From a virus (lineage: Duplodnaviria; Caudoviricetes), in IMG/VR virus record IMGVR_UViG_3300025707_000006, positions 43,481 through 107,480 of that record: a DNA stretch of 64,000 nt. One strand, written 5' to 3'. Position 1 is the first letter of the stretch. Each line of letters begins with the position of its first letter. Shown here one piece after another: positions 17,839 through 24,917 of this stretch. The position numbers were made by a program, and so were the translations under genes. The notes beneath the pieces were generated by a model. That model was not told where the DNA came from and made no database searches. It worked only from the letters and a program-made list of their open reading frames with translations.

Positions 17839-18927
17839 ATGTCTGAACTATACTTTAAATACGCCCTGTATGGACTTGCAAGCCTCTTTCTTGTATCGGT
17901 GGGGGGTAATGCTTGGACTGTCTATAAAATGCAACGAATGGACGCTACAATACAAGATCAGATTGCAGGTGTTCTTAGTGAGAACGCTACAAAGATAACC
18001 AATATGAATGAGACTTTAGGTACTGTGAAATCTCAGATGGTTGATCGTGCCACGCTTGAACAAAGAGCAAAAGAAATCATTAGTGGACTTGACCAAAAGA
18101 CCCAAGACGCTATAGGGAAGTATACTTCTGAAACGGGAGCAAAAGTAGACTCAATCAGCAAACGCTTTGTTAGAATGGAAGCAAGACTCGATCAAGGGAT
18201 CTCTCGCATAGGTAAAAAAGTAGATCGCCAAAGAAAAACCCCTCCACCACCTAAAAGCTGGAAAGGTGTGAGTGGACAAGATCAAACCCGATGTGCAGAC
18301 CACCCAGAGAGATGTGAAACATTTGAGTTTAGCTGGCACTCACCTTTCTCTCTAAAAGGTAGACCCATATATACTTTCTCAAGTAGAAATATATGGGAAG
18401 GAAAAGGGAGTCTCGATCTCAACTTAGCATTTAAGGTGGTGGCGATCACTTATGGTGAGGACCAATCCAAACTCGGTTCGGGTGCAGTTCAAAATCAAGG
18501 TATGCACATTTATGGTGGGTACTTTGATGAACAAGGAGAGTTTGTGGAGATAGAGGGTCTTGAGAGTAAACTCATGAAAGGAGATAAAAACTTAGATCCT
18601 AGACTGATTTATGTCCCAAAGGTTGATGCACCTATTGGGCGTTTAGGGTTAAGTTTGTTTGAACCAAGTTTACTTGTAGGCTCAACATATCAAGCTGGAG
18701 ATTTTGGTCTGTCTATTGGAGGTAGCTTTTTGAATCTCCGTAAAGGGGAGTATCGGTTAGGTGGGAACTTTGCCCTTACAGAATCTAATCAGTATCTAGG
18801 ACTGATGGGAACATGGCATCCATATATAGCGGGTAAGAACCTCAACATCGCTCCTGGTCTTGGTTGGGTATTAGGTGCAGATGGTTCTAACACATGGTCG
18901 TTGGGAGTCCACTTTCAAGTTTGGTGA
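17839..18927 (+). CDS. envelope protein: N-terminal TM, coiled coil, C-terminal beta-barrel-like region (spanin candidate)
   Basis: Hydrophobic residues ~8-28; helical region; alternating strands ending WSLGVHFQVW. Confidence 0.6.
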   Translation: MSELYFKYALYGLASLFLVSVGGNAWTVYKMQRMDATIQDQIAGVLSENATKITNMNETLGTVKSQMVDRATLEQRAKEIISGLDQKTQDAIGKYTSETGAKVDSISKRFVRMEARLDQGISRIGKKVDRQRKTPPPPKSWKGVSGQDQTRCADHPERCETFEFSWHSPFSLKGRPIYTFSSRNIWEGKGSLDLNLAFKVVAITYGEDQSKLGSGAVQNQGMHIYGGYFDEQGEFVEIEGLESKLMKGDKNLDPRLIYVPKVDAPIGRLGLSLFEPSLLVGSTYQAGDFGLSIGGSFLNLRKGEYRLGGNFALTESNQYLGLMGTWHPYIAGKNLNIAPGLGWVLGADGSNTWSLGVHFQVW

Positions 18928-18928
18928 G

Positions 18929-19303
18929 TTAAAGTCGGTAAAACTTTTTAAACCCTCTCCAATCTTTGGGGTGCATCTCACTAAACATACTTGGGATCTT
19001 AGAAATCAAGATCCATTCCCATTCAGTATGCTCATGGTCTAAAACAGGTTCTATCTCTGTTTTACATACTCCGACATACATGGTGTAAATCCTGTCCTCA
19101 ACATGATCGACTACCTTGTATTGGTCGGGAGTTATACCAGTCTCTTCTTCAGTCTCCCTAAGAGCTGTCTGATAAGTCGTTTCATTTGGTTCGCCCTGTC
19201 CTCCTGGGAAGTCCCAATAACTCGACCATTTATCATATTTATAATGTGTTCTTTTCATTATGAGGGTCTTATTACCGCATAATAGCATTATTCCAGCACC
19301 CAT
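18929..19303 (-). CDS. Nudix hydrolase
   Basis: Nudix box GGQGEPNETTYQTALRETEEETG. Confidence 0.92.
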   Translation of the reverse strand: MGAGIMLLCGNKTLIMKRTHYKYDKWSSYWDFPGGQGEPNETTYQTALRETEEETGITPDQYKVVDHVEDRIYTMYVGVCKTEIEPVLDHEHTEWEWILISKIPSMFSEMHPKDWRGFKKFYRL

Positions 19304-19409
19304 AGTGGTTCTCCTTTTGTAATTTGTTTATTAGTACCTCTACTGTACTTATTAAAGGAGTATAAAATGAAGCCGAACCAACAAGTAGCTTTGAGATTAG
19401 GGGCAACCC

Positions 19410-19913
19410 ATGAGTGATGGAAACATATCAGGCACTACACCATTACCTGAACACTGTCACTTTGTTGGCAGTGATAAGATAATCTGCTCGGACAACGATG
19501 GCGTTGATCGAGAATGTGAATTTTTCGAGGGTGAATTAGGATGCAAGGTGACAGCACAACTTGTGGATGTAAACCCAACAGGTGCGGAGATGAAAGATGT
19601 CTTTATAGGTCATGCTTATCTTGTAGTGGTTGTCGCTATTTTGAGTTTAGCCTTAACTCAAATCATTAAACCTTTCATTTGGAAAACCTGCACCGAAAAG
19701 TCGGATGCTGTGATTAGACTATTTGCGATACTCACGGGTGCGGGTATTGCCTACCATTTATCAAACCCACTTAAGATGATTGATGTCTATATGGGAGCAA
19801 GTGCGGGAGCTATCAATGCTTTCGTGATAAAAATGTTTAAAGCTAAAGTCAAGAAATCACTAGGTGTTGAATCAACACCAGACCCACAAGATAAGGAAAA
19901 AGAAGATGAATAA
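19410..19913 (+). CDS. holin-like membrane protein
   Basis: 2-3 TM segments, basic C-terminus; paralog of 20290..20673. Confidence 0.6.
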   Translation: MSDGNISGTTPLPEHCHFVGSDKIICSDNDGVDRECEFFEGELGCKVTAQLVDVNPTGAEMKDVFIGHAYLVVVVAILSLALTQIIKPFIWKTCTEKSDAVIRLFAILTGAGIAYHLSNPLKMIDVYMGASAGAINAFVIKMFKAKVKKSLGVESTPDPQDKEKEDE

Positions 19914-20262
19914 ATCAGTACAACGAGTTGCTTCAAAATATATGGAAGCAAGATTATTTGGAATACTTAGTACTCCTGTTAGCAATCAGGAAATAAGAAG
20001 AGCAGTTAAAAGATTACAATGGGCTTTCCCAAAAGGTGAATACAAAGTCATGTCCATTATGGGGCAAGACAGGAAGAAAGTGATTAGGACTACTACACCA
20101 GATGGTTTCTTGTCTGAGATTACTGGTCTTGAAATGGACAAAAAAGGGAATCTATCTTATCGGGTCTTAACTGTGTCTAACCCTCATGGCAGAGACATTA
20201 AAGTTGATAGTTTAGACGAAGCGACAGATACTGTATATAGATTATTAAAGAATCACTTGTAA
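19906..20262 (+). CDS. tagged hypothetical protein (SVQRVASKYMEAR leader)
   Basis: RVA-type leader; AAGGA SD. Confidence 0.7.
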   Translation: MNKSVQRVASKYMEARLFGILSTPVSNQEIRRAVKRLQWAFPKGEYKVMSIMGQDRKKVIRTTTPDGFLSEITGLEMDKKGNLSYRVLTVSNPHGRDIKVDSLDEATDTVYRLLKNHL

Positions 20263-20289
20263 GGATGCTTTGAAAACCATAGGAGGCTT

Positions 20290-20673
20290 ATGAGTAACGA
20301 GACTAAAAAAACTGAAACGACCGAGACTCTGATGGGACCGCCTGCTCCTAAAATAGAAAAATATGATCATATTGGTCATGTGTATCTTATAGTCGTGGCG
20401 GCTATTGTTAGTTATGCAGTCACTGAAATTGTAAAACCTTTCATCTTCAAAACCTGTGCAGAAAAATCTGAGGCTGTTATTCGCCTCTTTGCTGTTATTA
20501 CAGGAGCGATTGTAGGGTACTCTTTAAGTAATGATATTCTTGACCTATGGCTTGGAGCTTCGGCAGGGGCATTAAATGCTTATGTCATCAAAATCATCAA
20601 GTCAAAAATTAAATCCACAGTGGGTGTCGAACTCACACCCACTCCCTCCGAAGAGGGGGGTAAAGAAAAGTAA
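20290..20673 (+). CDS. holin-like membrane protein (paralog)
   Basis: IGHVYL..KPFIFKTC.EKSEAVIRLFA..GASAGALNA shared with 19410. Confidence 0.6.
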   Translation: MSNETKKTETTETLMGPPAPKIEKYDHIGHVYLIVVAAIVSYAVTEIVKPFIFKTCAEKSEAVIRLFAVITGAIVGYSLSNDILDLWLGASAGALNAYVIKIIKSKIKSTVGVELTPTPSEEGGKEK

Positions 20674-20685
20674 TAGTTTATTTAT
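20671..20685 (+). promoter_or_regulatory. class A motif TAATAGTTTATTTAT
   Basis: Exact consensus 36 nt before tagged gene. Confidence 0.7.
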
Positions 20686-20720
20686 CATTCACTCTTTTGA
20701 AAATGAAATGGAGAAATAAA

Positions 20721-21170
20721 ATGAGAAGATCCGCATCAGAAATCATCCGTAACCTTGAGTCTAGGATTGCTCGTCTTGAACGACAATCGGGTCGAGGATC
20801 AAATCGTCTTGAAAGACAAGCAAGACCAAATGAGAAAATAGAAAATGAAACATCAAAAACAATTCTCACTAAGAAGCAATGGGCAGGGATTGCAAAGACA
20901 CACGCCCCAAAACCTTTTGAGAATCCTCTTGGAGATCAAGAGGTGTATTATGACTATCGCAGAGGAGGTATAATCGTTGATGATCGTGATGAGCATGGTG
21001 ATGATGGAGAAATATTTCTAATCAAAGAGATTAAGGGGGGCGGGGCTGAGGGTGCATTTCAAGTCTATCAAGAGGTTTATCCAGATGCTAGACTGGGCCA
21101 AAATGGCTGGAATTTTGATGATATGAAGTATTTAGGGAAGACACTAGATCAACGAGCGAGGAGGGGATAA
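20721..21170 (+). CDS. tagged hypothetical protein (RRSASE leader, duplicated RLERQ)
   Basis: MRRSASEIIRNLESRIARLERQSGRGSNRLERQA. Confidence 0.8.
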   Translation: MRRSASEIIRNLESRIARLERQSGRGSNRLERQARPNEKIENETSKTILTKKQWAGIAKTHAPKPFENPLGDQEVYYDYRRGGIIVDDRDEHGDDGEIFLIKEIKGGGAEGAFQVYQEVYPDARLGQNGWNFDDMKYLGKTLDQRARRG

Positions 21171-21249
21171 AAGATATTTTATCCAAAGGCTAAAGGACTT
21201 GAAGACTATCGAAATGAAACTCAACAAAGCAGGTTTAAAGCACAAGTCT

Positions 21250-21264
21250 TAATAACTTATTTAT
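21250..21264 (+). promoter_or_regulatory. class A variant TAATAACTTATTTAT
   Basis: Upstream of the SNase-GNAT operon. Confidence 0.55.
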
Positions 21265-21301
21265 ATCTCACATTACATGAAACTAAATGTGAGGAATAAA
21301 T

Positions 21302-21670
21302 ATGAGATACCTATACCACTACAAAGCTGAAGTCCTCTCCGTCTATGATGGAGACACCGTTACCCTTATGATTGATCAAGGCATGAAACACTTTGCTAGG
21401 GTCAAGGTAAGAATGATTGGGATTGACACGCCCGAAATACGCACTAAAGACCTCGAAGAAAAGAAGCGAGGTTATGAAGCTAAGGACTACCTAAAGTCCC
21501 GAATCGAAGGTAAAACCATTATCGTACAAACCCTTAAAAAGGGTAAGTTCGGTAGGTGGCTTGGCGTTATGTGGGATTACACCGAAGATGCAGATGATCT
21601 AGGTGAATCACTTAACGATGAAATGATCCGCATGGGTCATGCTAAAGCCTATGACGGTGGTAAGAGATGA
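21302..21670 (+). CDS. thermonuclease (SNase-like)
   Basis: VYDGDT, RMIGIDTPE and KFGRWLG motifs. Confidence 0.92.
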   Translation: MRYLYHYKAEVLSVYDGDTVTLMIDQGMKHFARVKVRMIGIDTPEIRTKDLEEKKRGYEAKDYLKSRIEGKTIIVQTLKKGKFGRWLGVMWDYTEDADDLGESLNDEMIRMGHAKAYDGGKR

Positions 21671-22662
21671 GTATCACTATAGAGAAAGGTAGTAAAAGCT
21701 ATCCTCCATCTAATATACAAGTTCTTCTATGTAAGGATAGTGTAGTCTTAGGTGAAGTTAATGGGTATAGTGTGAACATGGAATACTCAGAGGTCGATGG
21801 CTCTGAATGCTATGAAGAAATATACGACCTTATTGAAAGATACCCTCAAGTCCTAGATGAAAACGGTAAACCTAGAATATCTGAAATTTACCAATCCGAT
21901 ATAGTTAAGTCTTTTAGAGGACAAGGCTTCGGTGTTGATATGTATATAGAGTTCATGCTTCGGTGTTGGGCTGAAAATAGTAAGGGCAAACCATTTATCC
22001 TAATCCCTAACGGTTGCAACTTAGATATGGAGGGGAACAACTCAGAGGACTCTATAAGAGTTTGGGAATCTCTAAGTCGTAAGTTTCCGAGTTCGGGAAA
22101 AAGCTACTCAACTTGCATTGCAGTGTTAAGGAAACCATCCTCAAGTAAAATGGCTCAAAGAGTTGCGAGTAGACATATCGCTCGTCTTGATATTAAGTTC
22201 GTAGAAACGGATGACTTCACTAATACAAATTCAACTCATTCGATAGAGATTGTAAATAATAAAGTGAAATTATATAGGGATGTTGTAGGTTTTATAGAGG
22301 GTAAGTTTGGAACCCATACTTTAGAAGAACTATATGAATATGCCTGTTCTGAAGATATTTTAGCCCTTTATGAACTATGGGCGATAGATGCTGAATGGCA
22401 CGATGAGATCCCTGTATTTGAAGTCTTAGAGAGCAGTGTCGATGAGGAGTATCGCTCAAAAAAGTTAGGTCTTCAAATGTATAAAGAACTCGCCAACTTA
22501 GCTAGGGAAGAGTCTAGGACACCAATGTTCTTTATCCCTAACTACTGCAATACGAGGTCTACAACCCCTTCAGCACTAAGGGTTTGGAAATCCTTAACAA
22601 AATCAAATGCTCCGACCAGCTCTGGTGATGTTGTTTTGATGGTAGATCGAAAGTTGAGATAA
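21667..22662 (+). CDS. tandem GNAT-like acetyltransferase with internal leader
   Basis: FRGQGFGVDMY...SIRVWESL and YRSKKLGLQMY...ALRVWKSL, joined by KMAQRVASRHIAR. Confidence 0.7.
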   Translation: MSITIEKGSKSYPPSNIQVLLCKDSVVLGEVNGYSVNMEYSEVDGSECYEEIYDLIERYPQVLDENGKPRISEIYQSDIVKSFRGQGFGVDMYIEFMLRCWAENSKGKPFILIPNGCNLDMEGNNSEDSIRVWESLSRKFPSSGKSYSTCIAVLRKPSSSKMAQRVASRHIARLDIKFVETDDFTNTNSTHSIEIVNNKVKLYRDVVGFIEGKFGTHTLEELYEYACSEDILALYELWAIDAEWHDEIPVFEVLESSVDEEYRSKKLGLQMYKELANLAREESRTPMFFIPNYCNTRSTTPSALRVWKSLTKSNAPTSSGDVVLMVDRKLR

Positions 22663-22664
22663 CG

Positions 22665-23720
22665 ATGAACAGATATGCAAGTGTAAATAGAGTCGCCCGT
22701 ATCCATACAGCTCGTATGCAAAAGAGAGCGATGTTCTTTGATAATGTCAAAGAAGATGTAGCTTCAGCCTTCATGCAAAATGAAGCGTCAAAAGAACGAA
22801 AGAAGATTTCTAGCGAAGGTAAGTCTGGATTAAAGTTCTTGCAGAAGCAGTTTGGACTAAACTCAATGGATTCCTTCATCAAAGCGATTGGGCAATCTAA
22901 ATATGATCCCAATGACCCAATACAAAAAATGATTGCAGAAGCTGGGGCTAAAACTAACTCGCCAGGTGAAGCAGGTGATATGTTAGGTAGGTTCGCTAAT
23001 GCTTATCAGAAGCAAGACATTGAGGGGATGGCTAAAGAGGTAGGAGTTGAAAAAGAGACTATGGCTCTCGTCCTGCTCTGGTATGTGAGAGACAATAAAA
23101 ATGTGAAACTCAAAAATGCTTCCATGAACAAAAATGCTTTTTGGAATCCATTTGCCGTTGCTCCTGTCCCCCCACTCCCCCCTTTCCACGCACAATCTGT
23201 TGTAGTGGAAAATGTACTAAATATAGGTGGTGGTGTGGTTAGCCAAGTATCTCACTATACAGGTGAAGGGATTTCATGGCTTTGGTCTATAATCCCTTCA
23301 GGGTATGCTCCAACTTTACCCACAGGTAAAGTGTGGACTGCAATATACTTCATTCTGAAGAATGCATGGCTAGGGATTATGAAGGCAGGTGGCCTAGCTA
23401 TAGGGGCGATTAAAGCGTCAATAGTTAAAAGCACAGCGACATTCGGAATCATCGCAGTGCTGAAAGTCATAGGGATTGCACTTATTGTATATTACGCCAT
23501 AATAGGTTTGTCTTGGATGAGTTATCAGATCACAAGACTACCTGCTAGGGTACTAATAGAGTTCCCTGTACAGGTCATATGGAAGATCCTTAAGATGGTT
23601 GGAAATGGTGCTATTAAACTCACCACATGGGCTTATGATAAGATCAAGTCAGTAATCTATGAAAATGAAGACCAAATAGAGCCAAGTGACCCTATGCTCC
23701 CCGCAGTCCAAGCGATTTGA
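22665..23720 (+). CDS. tagged protein with hydrophobic C-terminal helices
   Basis: Leader MNRYASVNRVARIHTARMQKRA; internal KNASMNKNA; long hydrophobic segments. Confidence 0.7.
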   Translation: MNRYASVNRVARIHTARMQKRAMFFDNVKEDVASAFMQNEASKERKKISSEGKSGLKFLQKQFGLNSMDSFIKAIGQSKYDPNDPIQKMIAEAGAKTNSPGEAGDMLGRFANAYQKQDIEGMAKEVGVEKETMALVLLWYVRDNKNVKLKNASMNKNAFWNPFAVAPVPPLPPFHAQSVVVENVLNIGGGVVSQVSHYTGEGISWLWSIIPSGYAPTLPTGKVWTAIYFILKNAWLGIMKAGGLAIGAIKASIVKSTATFGIIAVLKVIGIALIVYYAIIGLSWMSYQITRLPARVLIEFPVQVIWKILKMVGNGAIKLTTWAYDKIKSVIYENEDQIEPSDPMLPAVQAI

Positions 23721-23803
23721 AATGATTAATGAGGTAGACCTTTTAATCCAAAGGACAGTTCCAGCAGAGAGGTCATCCAAAGCGTCATTGATCGAAGCTA
23801 CAG

Positions 23804-24739
23804 TCAATGACCAAAGTCTGCTTGGTTCTCGATAAATACTTCTCTAATTTGAGTGATTTGAGAGGTCAAGACTTTGTAAGACACCGAACGAGCCGAAGCC
23901 CACTTCTTCTTACTCTCATACTCTGCATATCTAAGCTCAAGCCAAAGCGAGTAGTACATATCTACCTTCGCTTCACCGAAACGATCAAGTAAAAGAGATC
24001 TCATGTACGCATTAGTGGACTTTTCTTCAAGAGAATGATTTTCGTCCTCATGCACAAAGTAGTCTGGCTCTCCGACTGACACACCAGTATCTGCGTCAGT
24101 CTTGGAAACCACTTGAGCGATCTGCCAACCTTGCGACTCAAGATTCTGTATATGATGGACAGGAACATAATCTGTGTTCGACTCTTTAGAAGCGTATGCT
24201 TTGACTTTCGTAACCTCTGATTGAGTCCTCGCACCACGACTCCGTTGTAGAGCATCTGCACCCTCTTTGTACTTTTCACGCACTACATACTGCAAGAACC
24301 ACTCATAGACCACAGAGGGCTTGATTCTCTTGCCTTTATCAATCTCAGTTTTGAGCTGATTTTTCTTGATAAAGTGTTCAGATAGGAAGCTATGGAAGTA
24401 GCTTACGATCTGATCTTCGGGTAGAGTGAAACGCTTGTTGTAAGGGGTTCTTCTCTGAACCATCCCCAACACTCGTTCGTAGTTCTCACACTTAGCATTA
24501 TAAAGCCAATTTTCAGTCTCATTTCGCACCCTAACAGGTTTTTTTGGCTGTGAGTCTGATAAGATCATGTCAAAGTGATCATCTGCTGAAGTGTCGTAGA
24601 TCATATCGAAGTGATCATCTGCTGATGTATCGTAGATCATATCGAAGTGATCATCTGCTGATGTATCGTAGATCATATCGAAGTGGGCATCTGCACCACT
24701 CCTTATAGGGTAAGCTAAACCCTTAGTTATTCTATTCAT
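23804..24739 (-). CDS. divergent sigma70/ECF-like protein with N-terminal 12-aa repeats
   Basis: C-terminal LELRYAEYESKKKWASARSVSYKVLTSQITQIRE resembles the region 4 HTH; PEDQIVSYF...YEWFLQYVVRE resembles region 2. Confidence 0.5.
   Translation of the reverse strand: MNRITKGLAYPIRSGADAHFDMIYDTSADDHFDMIYDTSADDHFDMIYDTSADDHFDMILSDSQPKKPVRVRNETENWLYNAKCENYERVLGMVQRRTPYNKRFTLPEDQIVSYFHSFLSEHFIKKNQLKTEIDKGKRIKPSVVYEWFLQYVVREKYKEGADALQRSRGARTQSEVTKVKAYASKESNTDYVPVHHIQNLESQGWQIAQVVSKTDADTGVSVGEPDYFVHEDENHSLEEKSTNAYMRSLLLDRFGEAKVDMYYSLWLELRYAEYESKKKWASARSVSYKVLTSQITQIREVFIENQADFGH
24562..24694 (-). repeat. in-frame 36-bp tandem repeat (~3.7 copies; SADDHFDMIYDT)
   Basis: Unit agatcatatcgaagtgatcatctgctgatgtatcgt; no spacers. 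Confidence 0.95.
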
Positions 24740-24854
24740 TTGTGTCTCCGACAGGTCGGGTTAAAGTTTGACTTATTGGACATCTATCCAAGTCAGCAGA
24801 TACCTTACCACACACCAACCGACCTAGCAACGATTTTGCCCCCAAATATGAATT

Positions 24855-24868
24855 TGTAGATCGTTTAT
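24855..24868 (+). promoter_or_regulatory. class A variant TGTAGATCGTTTAT
   Basis: 50 nt upstream of 24918. Confidence 0.5.
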
Positions 24869-24917
24869 ATATGGTATATCTTGTAAACCTTAGCCCACAT
24901 CTGAAAGTGTGAGAGAT

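Noticed and set aside
24562-24694. 36-bp repeats as a CRISPR array
   Set aside because: The units are contiguous with no spacers, in frame, and vary at synonymous positions; no cas genes were seen.
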